Assembly (NCBI GenBank): GCA_965208535.1
Contig: CBDBOU010000002.1
Coordinates: 131,701-195,700, forward strand
DNA from: Vicinamibacterales bacterium
GTDB taxonomy: Bacteria; Acidobacteriota; Vicinamibacteria; Vicinamibacterales; UBA8438
Reading direction: 5' to 3'
DNA: 64,000 nucleotides
Below are positions 55,380 through 64,000 of the stretch, in pieces. Under the pieces are notes generated by a model. The model had not been told where the DNA came from, made no database searches, and worked only from the letters and a program-made list of their open reading frames with translations. The translations under genes were made by a program, and so were the position numbers. How positions within the stretch are numbered: position 1 is the stretch's first letter; the number at the start of each line of letters is the position of its first letter.

Positions 55380-56723
55380 CTACCGGCTGACGTCCCCGAA
55401 GTAGCCGGGCAGGTCCGGCTTCGTGTCGCGCAGGATCTCGACGATGGCCTGCCTGTCGACGCGCGTCAGGTACTCGTAGCGCGAGTCCCCGTCTGCACCC
55501 GACAGCACCCGCCACAGCCGCCGGTACACGGCGTCCTTCGCGTCCGCGGGCAGGGCGTCGAACGCCGCCGTATGGATCATGTAGCTGCACGGGTAGCGGA
55601 ACAGGCGCGTGTTGAGGTCGACCTCCCGCAGCGTCCGCCCGCGCCGGTCGAACGGCCCGCGGGCCTCGAACGCTGCCTCGAACCCGGCCGTGCCCGTCAT
55701 CCGGTCGGTCAGCGGTGACTCGTCGGCGAAGAGCATGTAATCGACGAGCGCACCTACCGCCTCGCGTAGCGTACCGTCTTGACCCACCGCCGCCCGCAAG
55801 GTCACGTCCCCGTCCACTGCCCGCGGCGCGCGGAACAGCCCCCGCGTGGCGCGGCCCTCGTGAGCCGCGACCCGGAACTCCCACCCGGTGCGGGTGAGCA
55901 GGTTCGTCATGTGCGCCTGGTGCTCCAGCACCATCAGCGCCGCGATGTCGCTGTACGGCGTCAGATAGCCGGAGGTGTCGAACCGGTCCTCGACAGTGGG
56001 CAGGTTGAAGTTGGCTTCGTCCTCCAGCAGCATCGGCTCGTCGGGGTCGGTCGCCACGGTGTTTCCGACGTGTGGGCCGAGGCCGGTCTCGCCGGTGACG
56101 TACCAGCCGCCCCAACGTGACGAGATGGGGGTGCGCTGGTCGATGGGCACCGAGACGTACGGCACGCCCTCGGGGTCGATCACCGCGCTGCCGACGGCCA
56201 GTCCGGGCAGGCCGAGCGTCGCCTCCGAGACGTGGCATTCCAGGCACGAGCGCGGCCGCTGGAAACCGCGCGCCCGGCGGCTCTGCGAGAGCGCGTAGAA
56301 CATCACTCCCTGCCGCGGATCGAGAGCGGCCAGCTCCAGCGCGGGCGCGCCGCGAATCCAGGCCACGGCGATGTCGTCGGTGAAGTAGATGGCGCGCGGG
56401 TTGTCGGGGCCGATGAAGTCCGACTGCAGGCTCGTCTTCGAGAAGACGAGCGTCTGCGACTCGACCGGCACGTCGAGGGCGTCGAGGACGGCCGGCAGGA
56501 ATCCCCGGCGCGCGTCGAACGGGAGCGTCGCCTCGCCGGTCCGTAGCCGGGCGTTCAACTGCGCCACCCGATCTGTCCGCGGGCGCGTGCCGTACTCGAT
56601 GGCGGGATGCCGGAAAGAAGCCGAGAAGCGTTCCGCCAGCGTCGCCGCGCCGGCGCTCGTGGTGGCGATGAGGCCGCAGGCGATCACCGCGGCGCGGGCT
56701 CCCGAGGCCGCGCGGTTCGGCAT
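55380..56723 (-). CDS. secreted protein with a single CXXCH heme-c motif
   Basis: Signal peptide and SCLECH. No family name recognised. Confidence 0.65.
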   Translation of the reverse strand: MPNRAASGARAAVIACGLIATTSAGAATLAERFSASFRHPAIEYGTRPRTDRVAQLNARLRTGEATLPFDARRGFLPAVLDALDVPVESQTLVFSKTSLQSDFIGPDNPRAIYFTDDIAVAWIRGAPALELAALDPRQGVMFYALSQSRRARGFQRPRSCLECHVSEATLGLPGLAVGSAVIDPEGVPYVSVPIDQRTPISSRWGGWYVTGETGLGPHVGNTVATDPDEPMLLEDEANFNLPTVEDRFDTSGYLTPYSDIAALMVLEHQAHMTNLLTRTGWEFRVAAHEGRATRGLFRAPRAVDGDVTLRAAVGQDGTLREAVGALVDYMLFADESPLTDRMTGTAGFEAAFEARGPFDRRGRTLREVDLNTRLFRYPCSYMIHTAAFDALPADAKDAVYRRLWRVLSGADGDSRYEYLTRVDRQAIVEILRDTKPDLPGYFGDVSR

Positions 56724-56727
56724 CGCC

Positions 56728-56982
56728 CTACGGGAAGAAGACGAGCTTGAACACCATACCCGTGATGCTCAGGAGCAGGCCGATCACGATTGGGCCATAG
56801 ACGGCCTTGATGACCCGAACGTCTGCCTCCAGCAGTGCTATGTCCGTCGCCAACGGCAAGAGATCCCCTTTGGTCGCGAGTTGCTGCCCGACCGGGATGG
56901 CTCCGGCAGCCGCCTTGGCCTTCTCCTCCGAGGCGCCAGCCTCGATGAGTGCGTCGTAGACCTCGCTGACGATGACGCTCAT
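56728..56982 (-). CDS. DUF1640-like small protein (coiled coil + C-terminal TM), paralog 1
   Basis: MSVIVSEVYDALIEAGASEEKAKAAAGAIPVGQQLATKGDL...GPIVIGLLLSITGMVFKLVFFP. Confidence 0.6.
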   Translation of the reverse strand: MSVIVSEVYDALIEAGASEEKAKAAAGAIPVGQQLATKGDLLPLATDIALLEADVRVIKAVYGPIVIGLLLSITGMVFKLVFFP

Positions 56983-56986
56983 CGGT

Positions 56987-57208
56987 TTACGGGAAGAAGA
57001 CGAGCTTGACCAACAGAGCCAGGATGAGCGGGCCGAAGGTGAAGATCGCGAACTTCAGGACGGCGACCTCCGCCTTCAGGTCGGCGATGTCCTGCTTGGT
57101 GGCGAGTTGCTGCCCGATGGGGATGGCTCCGGCTGCCGCCTTGGCTTTCTCCTCCGAGGCGCCGGCCTCGATGAGTGCGTCGTAGACCTCGCTGACGATG
57201 ACGCTCAT
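56987..57208 (-). CDS. DUF1640-like small protein, paralog 2
   Basis: MSVIVSEVYDALIEAGASEEKAKAAAGAIPIGQQLATKQDIADLKAEVAVLKF..LVKLVFFP. The N-terminal half is nearly identical to paralog 1. Confidence 0.6.
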   Translation of the reverse strand: MSVIVSEVYDALIEAGASEEKAKAAAGAIPIGQQLATKQDIADLKAEVAVLKFAIFTFGPLILALLVKLVFFP

Positions 57209-57322
57209 GATTCCACTGTAACCGCCGCTGGCGGCGCTGACAACCGTCACGGATGGACGCCGCGCCGCCCGGCGAAATCCTGGCCGGCCCTGTAAACTGT
57301 ACAGGCTTCAAGGCGTTAATCC

Positions 57323-59638
57323 ATGCCACGATTCCGCACGATTCTCGCGCTCGCTCTGTGTCTCCCGACCGCCGCCGCGGCGGACCTCCGTGCGCAATCC
57401 GGCGCCGGGTTCCCGATGGGCATCCACGGGCCGGACCGGCCGCGCGTGGACGAGACCGTCGTTGCGACGTCGGGAGCCGGCTACGGAATTCTCGGCGGCC
57501 GGCCGCGCGTCCGGGTGCGGCGGACCGATACGCCGCCGGAGATCGACGGCCGCCTCGACGACGAGGTGTGGCGTACGGCGGCCATGCTCTCGGAGTTCGT
57601 GCAGCAGTCGCCGCTCGACGGCGCCCCGGCGACGGAAGAGACCGAGATCTACATCTCCTACGACAGCGAGCACATCTACTTCGCCTTCTATCTGCACTAC
57701 GCCGACCCGAGCATCATGCGGGCCAGCCGGGTGGATCGCGACACCGCGTGGCAGGACGATCTGATGACGGTCTACCTCGACACGTTCATGGATCAGCAGG
57801 TCTGCTACGACTTCGACCTCAACGGCTACAACGTGCAGGGCGACGGCATCATCAACGCCGGCCAGTCGAGCAGCGGTCCGATTCCCATCGCCGACCGGTC
57901 CTGGGAGGCGCTGTTCTACAGCGGGACGCAGATCGTCGAGGACGGTTATACGGCGGAGATGGCGATCCCGTTCAAGAGCTTCCGCTACCCGGAGCAGCCC
58001 CCCGGCGTGGAGCACCGCTGGGGCTTCCAGATCGTGCGCGAGATCAAGGGCAAGAACCAGGAGAACGTGGTCTGGGCGCCGATGTCGCGCGACGTGCAGA
58101 GCTTCATGGCGCAGATGGGCGTGCTCGAGGGGATGACCGACCTGTCGACGAGCCGCAACCTGGAGATCCTGCCGTCGTTCACCGCCATCCAGTACAGCTC
58201 GATCGATAGCGAGACCGGCGACTTCGTCAACCGGGGCACCGATCCGGAAGGCGGCGTGAACGTCAAGTACGGCATCACGTCGAACCTGACCGCCGACTTC
58301 ACCGGCAACCCCGACTTCTCGCAGATCGAGTCGGACCTGCCGCAGATCGAGGTCAACCAGCGCTTTCCGCTGTTCTTCCCCGAACTGCGGCCCTTCTTTC
58401 TGGAGGGAGCGGAGATCTTCGAGTTCGTCTCGCCGGTCGATCTGGTGCACACGCGGACGCTCGTGGATCCGAACATCGGAGCCAAGCTGACCGGGAAGGT
58501 GGGCAACACGACGCTCGGCGTGATGGTGACCGACGACGAGGCGCCGGGGAAGCGCGACGACCCGAACGACCCGGGGTTTGGCAGGAACGCCCAGGTGGCG
58601 ATTGGCCGGGCGCGCTACGACCTCTACTCGGAGTCGCACATCGGGGTGCTGGCGACGGACCGCGAGTTCCTCGACGGCTACAACCGCGTGGGGGGCGTCG
58701 ACGGCCAGTTCCGGCTGAGTCAGGCCACCCGGCTCAACTTCGTCGCGTTCCAGTCGCAGGACCGGGACGAGCAGGGCGTAGAGCGCAGCGGGCCGATGCT
58801 CGGCGCGATGGTCGGGCACGAGGGCCGTAACCTGCAGGCCAGGTTCTTCGGAGCGCGCATCGACCCCGACTTCCGTACCGACGTCGGGTTCCTGCAGCGC
58901 GTGGACCAGCGGCTCGGGGGCGCCAACGTGGGATACCGCTGGTGGCCCGAGCACTGGCTCATCAGTTGGGGGCCGTCCATCGACTACCAGCTCAGCTATA
59001 CCCACGCGGGCATCCGGGAGGACGAGATCATCGATGCCGAGGTGAACTTCGACTTCTCCCGGAACATCAACGTCGGCGCGAACGCCATCCAGGCGCACGA
59101 GCGGTTCGGGGGCGTCGACTTCGACCGCCGCAACTACGACGTCTCCACCTTCATCAGCACGAGCCGCCTGTTCTCGCTCGGCGGCAGCTACCGGTGGGGG
59201 GACGAGATCTACTACATCGACCGGCGGAATCCGTATCTGGGACGCGGCAACAGCGCGTCGCTGTCCGCCACCATCCGGCCGGACCCGCGGCTCACCTCGC
59301 AGCTCAACCTCGTCACCAGCCGCTTCTTCGACGTCCGCAACGGCAGTCACGAGGTGTTCAACGTGCAGGTGCTGCGGGCGCTGTCGACGTTCACGTTCAC
59401 CGACCGGCTGCTGCTGCGCAACATCACCGAGTACAACTCGTTCCGGGGCACGCTGGGGACGAACCTGCTCTTCACCTACCGCATCAACGCGCTGACGGTG
59501 TTCTACGTCGGCTACGATGACCACTACCGGCAGGAGGACCTGATCGACGTGCACGATTCGCGGTTCTTCCAGTCGACGGCCTACCGGCGGACGAACCGTG
59601 CGCTCTTCACCAAGCTGCGGATTCTGTTCCGCTACTGA
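57323..59638 (+). CDS. CBM9-like + DUF5916 domain protein, secreted/outer-membrane
   Basis: Signal peptide. PPEIDGRLDDEVWRTAA..FVQQSPLDG..IYISYDSEHIYFAF, and a C-terminal beta-barrel-like end ..LFTKLRILFRY. Confidence 0.7.
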   Translation: MPRFRTILALALCLPTAAAADLRAQSGAGFPMGIHGPDRPRVDETVVATSGAGYGILGGRPRVRVRRTDTPPEIDGRLDDEVWRTAAMLSEFVQQSPLDGAPATEETEIYISYDSEHIYFAFYLHYADPSIMRASRVDRDTAWQDDLMTVYLDTFMDQQVCYDFDLNGYNVQGDGIINAGQSSSGPIPIADRSWEALFYSGTQIVEDGYTAEMAIPFKSFRYPEQPPGVEHRWGFQIVREIKGKNQENVVWAPMSRDVQSFMAQMGVLEGMTDLSTSRNLEILPSFTAIQYSSIDSETGDFVNRGTDPEGGVNVKYGITSNLTADFTGNPDFSQIESDLPQIEVNQRFPLFFPELRPFFLEGAEIFEFVSPVDLVHTRTLVDPNIGAKLTGKVGNTTLGVMVTDDEAPGKRDDPNDPGFGRNAQVAIGRARYDLYSESHIGVLATDREFLDGYNRVGGVDGQFRLSQATRLNFVAFQSQDRDEQGVERSGPMLGAMVGHEGRNLQARFFGARIDPDFRTDVGFLQRVDQRLGGANVGYRWWPEHWLISWGPSIDYQLSYTHAGIREDEIIDAEVNFDFSRNINVGANAIQAHERFGGVDFDRRNYDVSTFISTSRLFSLGGSYRWGDEIYYIDRRNPYLGRGNSASLSATIRPDPRLTSQLNLVTSRFFDVRNGSHEVFNVQVLRALSTFTFTDRLLLRNITEYNSFRGTLGTNLLFTYRINALTVFYVGYDDHYRQEDLIDVHDSRFFQSTAYRRTNRALFTKLRILFRY

Positions 59639-59767
59639 GGTCGAGGAGTCCGGATGTGGAGATCCCCGGCAGTCGCCGAGGGCATTGAGCGGTTCGACTC
59701 GCGGAATGTAGAGGTATCACAGCGAGGGCTCTCCGACGTCGGGAGCTGCGAAAGGTCCGGGTGACGC

Positions 59768-60193
59768 ATGAGTGACGATGCCGAGAAGGTGGAGAGGCCG
59801 GACGCGGAGTGGCGCGAGTTGCTCTCGCAGGAGTCCTACGCAGTCCTGTTCAGGGAGGCGACCGAGCCGCCCGGCTCGAGCGCGCTCAACCACGAGAAGC
59901 GCGAGGGGACGTTCATCTGCGCGGCCTGCAACCTGCCGCTCTTCAAGTCGTCCGCGAAGTACGAAAGCGGCACCGGCTGGCCGAGCTTCTGCGACGCCAT
60001 TCCCGGCAGCGTCGGCACCAAGACCGACTTCAAGCTGATCCTCCCCCGCAAGGAGTACCACTGCGTGCGCTGTGGCGGACACCAGGGGCACGTCTTCAAG
60101 GACGGCCCGCAGCCGACGGGGCAGCGCTACTGCAACAACGGCGTGGCGCTGCGGTTCGTGCCCGCCGGCGAGGAGCTGCCTCCGCTGCGGTAG
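59768..60193 (+). CDS. msrB: peptide-methionine (R)-S-oxide reductase
   Basis: CAACNLPLF..SGTGWPSF..HCVRCGGHQGHVFKDGP..RYCNNGVAL. Confidence 0.9.
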   Translation: MSDDAEKVERPDAEWRELLSQESYAVLFREATEPPGSSALNHEKREGTFICAACNLPLFKSSAKYESGTGWPSFCDAIPGSVGTKTDFKLILPRKEYHCVRCGGHQGHVFKDGPQPTGQRYCNNGVALRFVPAGEELPPLR

Positions 60194-60207
60194 TGATCGA
60201 GACCGGG

Positions 60208-60390
60208 ATGCCGAAGACGACCGAGGGTGTCGAACCGGATGAAGACGCGCGCGAGGACCTGGCACGGTGGCAGCGCTACGTGGAGACGGGGGAAGCCATC
60301 CCGCATGAGCGCGTCATGGCGTGGCTCGATGAGCTGGCGACCGAGGCGGACACTCGGGCTCCGATAGGCTGTGGGCGGCATCGTCGGTAG
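60208..60390 (+). CDS. small antitoxin-like protein (orphan)
   Basis: MPKTTEGVEPDEDAREDLARWQRYVETGEAIPHERVMAWLDELATEAD resembles the C-terminal motifs of small RHH/ParD-like antidotes. No toxin gene is adjacent. Confidence 0.3.
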   Translation: MPKTTEGVEPDEDAREDLARWQRYVETGEAIPHERVMAWLDELATEADTRAPIGCGRHRR

Positions 60391-60397
60391 CTGACGG

Positions 60398-61651
60398 ATG
60401 AATCGCGTTGTGACGGCGACACGCTGGGCTATTGCGGCGGCGCTCGTGGTAGCGGCCGGTGCGGTGGGGTCCGCGCAGGAGTGGACGGGTTGGCGCGGAC
60501 CAGGCCGCGACGGGGTAGTGCTTGCGGGGCAGGCGCCGCAGACGTGGCCGGAAGCGTTCGCCCGCGCGTGGCGGGTCGATATCGGAGAGGGCTACTCGTC
60601 GCCGGTGGTTTCCGGCGGGCGGGTCTTCGTCCACAGCCGGGAGGGCGACCTCGAGGTCGTGACCGGGTTCGACCTGTCGACCGGCGCGCGCCTCTGGCGG
60701 CAGGACTACCCGGCGCTCTACGTCCAGAACGATATCGTGCCGGGTGGCATGCCGGGTCCGTTCGCGACGCCGGTGGTCGATGATGGGCGCGTATTCACCC
60801 TGGGGGCGGCCGGCATTCTGTCGAGCTGGGACGCGGCGTCGGGCGCGCTGCTCTGGCGGAACGACTACTCCGAGTCGGTGCAGGTGACGGGCCTGTTCTG
60901 CGGCACGTCGGCCTCGCCGCTCGTCGCCGATGGGATGCTGATCGTGCAGGTCGGCAGCGACGCCGGGGGCGGCCGCGTACTGGCGCTCGATCCGGCGACC
61001 GGCGACGAGGTGTGGGTCTGGCGCGGAGCGGGACCCGGATACGCATCGCCGATCGTGGCCGCGATCGAGGGGCAGCGCCAGGTGGTGACGCTGACCGAAT
61101 CGTCGGTCGTCGGGCTCGACGCGGGGAACGGCGCACTGCTGTGGAGCGTGCCGTTCACCGACGAATGGCACGAGAACATCATGACACCCGTCTGGACCGG
61201 CGAGCACCTGGTGGTTTCCGGTCCACGCCAGGGGACGCACGCGTTCGCGATCCGTCGCGAGAACGACGGCTGGCAGGCCGCTCCTGCCTGGAGCAACGGG
61301 AGGGTCACGATGTACATGAGCTCGCCCGTGCTGGTCGCCGGCACCCTCTACGGACACTCGTCGACCCGCAGCGGCCAGTTCGTGGCTCTCGACGCCGCCA
61401 GCGGCGCCGTGCAATGGGCGAGCGAGGGAAGGGAGGGCGACCTGGCGTCCGTGCTGCTCGCGGGAGACGATCTCCTGCTGCTGAACAGCGACGCCGAGCT
61501 GGTTGTGGCCGAGCCGAACGCGGAGGCGTTTGCCGTCGCGCGCCAGTACGAGGTCGCGGACGGAGCCACATGGTCCATGCCGGTTCCCTTGCCCGACGGC
61601 CTGCTCGTCCGGGACGCGACCAGCCTCGTGCGCCTCGTTCCGGCCGAATAG
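60398..61651 (+). CDS. PQQ-like beta-propeller repeat protein, secreted
   Basis: Signal peptide. WTGWRGPGRDGVV, DLSTGARLWRQ, DAASGALLWR, DAGNGALLWS, DAASGAVQWA. Confidence 0.8.
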   Translation: MNRVVTATRWAIAAALVVAAGAVGSAQEWTGWRGPGRDGVVLAGQAPQTWPEAFARAWRVDIGEGYSSPVVSGGRVFVHSREGDLEVVTGFDLSTGARLWRQDYPALYVQNDIVPGGMPGPFATPVVDDGRVFTLGAAGILSSWDAASGALLWRNDYSESVQVTGLFCGTSASPLVADGMLIVQVGSDAGGGRVLALDPATGDEVWVWRGAGPGYASPIVAAIEGQRQVVTLTESSVVGLDAGNGALLWSVPFTDEWHENIMTPVWTGEHLVVSGPRQGTHAFAIRRENDGWQAAPAWSNGRVTMYMSSPVLVAGTLYGHSSTRSGQFVALDAASGAVQWASEGREGDLASVLLAGDDLLLLNSDAELVVAEPNAEAFAVARQYEVADGATWSMPVPLPDGLLVRDATSLVRLVPAE

Positions 61652-61701
61652 CCGACGGAACGAATCACCGCGGTCGGCATTTCCCCCACCGCATACCAGT
61701 G

Positions 61702-62262
61702 ATGACCACCAGCCGGCGCATCGCCCTCGGCTTCTGGCTGACCGTGACGGTCGTGCTCGGCGCGCTGTACGTCGCCCGGCCGGATCTCATCGAGCCGGCG
61801 CGGCTCGTCGGCGTGCTCCGGCAGTCGGGTCCGTTCGTGCTGCTCGGTTACGTCGTCGTCAGCGTCGTGCGTCCCGTGACGCTGATTCCGAGCACGGTGC
61901 TGATCGTCGTCGGGACGCTCCTCTTTCCGGATCGCTACTGGACGGTGTTCGCGGTCTCGCTTGGCGGCGTCGTCGCCTCGGCCGCGCTCATCTACTACTT
62001 CTTCGACTTCCTGGGTCTGACCGAGCTGTTCGAACGCCGGCACGCGGCGCGCGTCCGGTGGCTGGAGGAGCAGATACGCCTGCGCGGCTTCTGGATCGTC
62101 GTCGGCTGGTCGGTCTTCCCGGCCGTGCCGACCGACGCCATCTGCTATGTCGCCGGCTCTCTGCGGATGCCGATCGGCAAGTTCCTGCTCGGCGTGACCC
62201 TCGGCGAGATCCCGGTGGTTGCGTTCTATGTCACGGGCGGGACGTGGCTGTTTGGATCGTGA
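61702..62262 (+). CDS. TVP38/TMEM64 (DedA-related) family membrane protein
   Basis: Multi-TM 186-aa protein. ..RPVTLIPSTVLIVVGTLLF.., VPTDAICYVAGSLRMPIGKFLLG. Confidence 0.7.
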   Translation: MTTSRRIALGFWLTVTVVLGALYVARPDLIEPARLVGVLRQSGPFVLLGYVVVSVVRPVTLIPSTVLIVVGTLLFPDRYWTVFAVSLGGVVASAALIYYFFDFLGLTELFERRHAARVRWLEEQIRLRGFWIVVGWSVFPAVPTDAICYVAGSLRMPIGKFLLGVTLGEIPVVAFYVTGGTWLFGS

Positions 62263-62298
62263 GGGTTTGGCCGCGAAAGGGGGCCGCGGGCTCTACTG

Positions 62299-63135
62299 TC
62301 AGCGTTGTCTGTCCGGCACCCACGCGGTGGTCCGCCCGCCGATCGTCACGTGTTCGATCCGCTCGCCGCGCGTCGTGCGTGCGTCTCCCTGCTTGCCCCA
62401 GCGCCGGTGGAACAGCCACGTGCGGGGATAGAGGGAGTTGTCTGCGTTGGCCTCCACTGCGCGCTTGACGATGGCGCCGAGCCGGGTTCGCAACCGCCGC
62501 GCCTCGGCGTCGGTCAGCGAGGACGCCCGTCGCCGCGGGTCGATCCCTGCCTGGAAGAGCACCTCGTCGGCGATCCAGTTGCCTACGCCCGCCGCGAACG
62601 ACTGGTCGAGAAGCAGCGACTTGAGGATGCTCCCGCGGCCCCGCAGCAGTTCGCAGAAGCGCTTCGGCGACGGCATCGCCAGCAGCGGGTCGAAGCCGAG
62701 CTTTGCGACCGGTGGCTCGTGCTCCGGATCCTTGCGCAACAGGATGCGCCCGAGCCGCCGCCCGTCCGTCATCGCCAGCTCGCCGCCGTCGTCCAGGTGC
62801 AGCCGGATCTTCACGAAGCGCGGCGGCCAGACGGACGTGTCCTCGCGCGGTCCCGACTTGAGCTGCAGCGGCGTCGAGGCCGGCGTCTTGAACCCACCCG
62901 ACATCCCGAAGTGGAAGAGAGGATGCGGCGGCGTGTCCAGCTCCAGCCAGAGCTGCTTGCCCCAGCGCCGTGCCGCGACGATCCGCCTTCCCTTCAGCGT
63001 GCGTCGCCAGCGGGCCGGCTCGACCCCGGCGAACACGAGCGGGTCGTCGTCGCACCACACCCGCTCGATCCGGCGCCCGGCCGTCACCGCATCCGCCAGC
63101 TTGCGTCCCCGTTCGACCTCCGGCAACTCCGGCAC
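62299..63135 (-). CDS. Fpg/Nei-family DNA glycosylase (no Cys4 zinc finger)
   Basis: MPELPEVE catalytic N-terminus, H2TH region LLLDQSFAAGVGNWIADEVLFQAGI. The C-terminus ..GERIEHVTIGGRTTAWVPDRQR has no cysteines. Confidence 0.85.
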   Translation of the reverse strand: MPELPEVERGRKLADAVTAGRRIERVWCDDDPLVFAGVEPARWRRTLKGRRIVAARRWGKQLWLELDTPPHPLFHFGMSGGFKTPASTPLQLKSGPREDTSVWPPRFVKIRLHLDDGGELAMTDGRRLGRILLRKDPEHEPPVAKLGFDPLLAMPSPKRFCELLRGRGSILKSLLLDQSFAAGVGNWIADEVLFQAGIDPRRRASSLTDAEARRLRTRLGAIVKRAVEANADNSLYPRTWLFHRRWGKQGDARTTRGERIEHVTIGGRTTAWVPDRQR

Positions 63136-63216
63136 GTCACCTCCCGGACCCGTGCATCGTAACCGGGGCGGCCAGGTGTCCGTGGCAGAGCATTTTCCGG
63201 GCTACTATCGAGAATC

Positions 63217-64000
63217 GTGTCCGATCTCCGTTTCGCGGTTCGCGGCCTCGTTCGGCGACCGGTCGCCGCGGCCGTCGCGGTCGCCACGCTGAGTCTCGGT
63301 CTCGCGTCCGTGACGGCGCTGTTCGCGGTCACCGATGCCGTGCTGCTGCGGCCCATCGGCGACGGAGATTACCGACTCGTTCGCATATGGAAGGACGATG
63401 TCGCACGAGGCGGCGGCCTCCTGTTTCCGATCTCGTATCCCGAGTATCGGGTGTGGGAGGACGAGGCGACCAGCTTCGATGCAATCGCGGCCATCAACTA
63501 CGCCGACGGCGCGGCGGGCGCCGTCATGATCGATGGCGTGCCGGTCACGGCCAACATCGTGCGGGCCTCGGCCGAGCTGCTGCACGTGGTCGGCGCGAGG
63601 CCGGCCTACGGGCGCCTCCTCGAGGCCGAAGACGACGTCGACGGGGCCGAGCTCGTCGCCGTCGTCAGCCACCGGTTCTGGCGTCTTGTGAGCGGCGATC
63701 CGGCATTTGTCGGCCAGCGTCTCAGCCCGCCCGGGGCCGCCCCGATCACGATCGTCGGGGTCCTGCAGCCCGACGTGGCCTACCCGGTCGACGCCGATAT
63801 CTGGCTGCCGCTGGTTCCGGCGTACGCACGCGACCCCGCCGCGACCCTGGACAACCCGAGGGCCCCCCAGTTCCACGTGGTGGGACGACTCGCACCGGGC
63901 GTCTCCAACGGTCGGGCGCGGTCCGAGCTGGCTGTCATCCACGGACGGCTGAGCGCGGCGCGTCCGGAGGACTACCCGCGGATGCCGATCGTGGTGACGC
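63217..64000 (+). CDS. MacB/FtsX-type (ADOP-like) permease, 5' part (runs off window)
   Basis: My own translation from GTG 63217: VSDLRFAVRGLVRRPVAAAVAVATLSLGLASVTALFAVTDAVLLRP..VVSHRFW... Open to nt 64000 and not in the ORF track because there is no stop. Confidence 0.8.
   Translation, partial: MSDLRFAVRGLVRRPVAAAVAVATLSLGLASVTALFAVTDAVLLRPIGDGDYRLVRIWKDDVARGGGLLFPISYPEYRVWEDEATSFDAIAAINYADGAAGAVMIDGVPVTANIVRASAELLHVVGARPAYGRLLEAEDDVDGAELVAVVSHRFWRLVSGDPAFVGQRLSPPGAAPITIVGVLQPDVAYPVDADIWLPLVPAYARDPAATLDNPRAPQFHVVGRLAPGVSNGRARSELAVIHGRLSAARPEDYPRMPIVVT

Overview
High-GC bacterial chromosomal window. The PadR plus duplicated MacB/FtsX-type 'ADOP' permease pairs and the many secreted hydrolases suggest Acidobacteriota-like DNA; this is inference only. 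I recognised no rRNA, tRNA or CRISPR array. nt 1-25300 is an accessory segment rich in mobile elements and toxin-antitoxin (TA) loci. It holds two identical, directly oriented IS1634-family copies (1-708, cut by the window edge, and 21972-24064), with an IS630 element nested in the terminal CTAG of the second copy. It also holds two divergent IS21-family elements (about 2775-5636 and 11235-14249), HicAB x2, a PIN/antitoxin pair, and several gene fragments. The fragments are a HicB tail, a BrnT-like piece, a VapC-like piece, a truncated NYN gene and three decayed copies of a 140-bp gene fragment. A visibly AT-richer SMC/ABC-type (AAA_13-like) ATPase gene is cut in two by the second IS21. The same segment carries ordinary genes: amidohydrolase, acyl-CoA desaturase and an HK/OmpR pair. 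nt 25300-64000 is mostly core-like: PQQ beta-propellers, an FG-GAP protein, two sulfatases, MBL hydrolase, DUF3604, parvulin, an ECF sigma/anti-sigma/DUF4097 operon, nitroreductase, amidase, an ABC transporter, PadR-ADOP, a MutS-like ATPase, CBM9/DUF5916, MsrB and Fpg/Nei. Interspersed there are HipBA, HigBA, and two COG1373-type ATPase-nuclease genes flanking an HNH remnant. Points worth a second look: (1) the IS-split low-GC ATPase, an orphan candidate defence gene; (2) a 288-nt apparently non-coding module carried downstream of istB, in the same place and orientation, by both otherwise unrelated IS21 elements; (3) toxin genes inactivated at most TA loci while the antitoxins stay intact; (4) a recurring family of TM plus coiled-coil miniproteins. 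I did not find a convincing intact multi-gene novel system. All coordinates and homology calls come from reading the translations; nothing was searched against a database.
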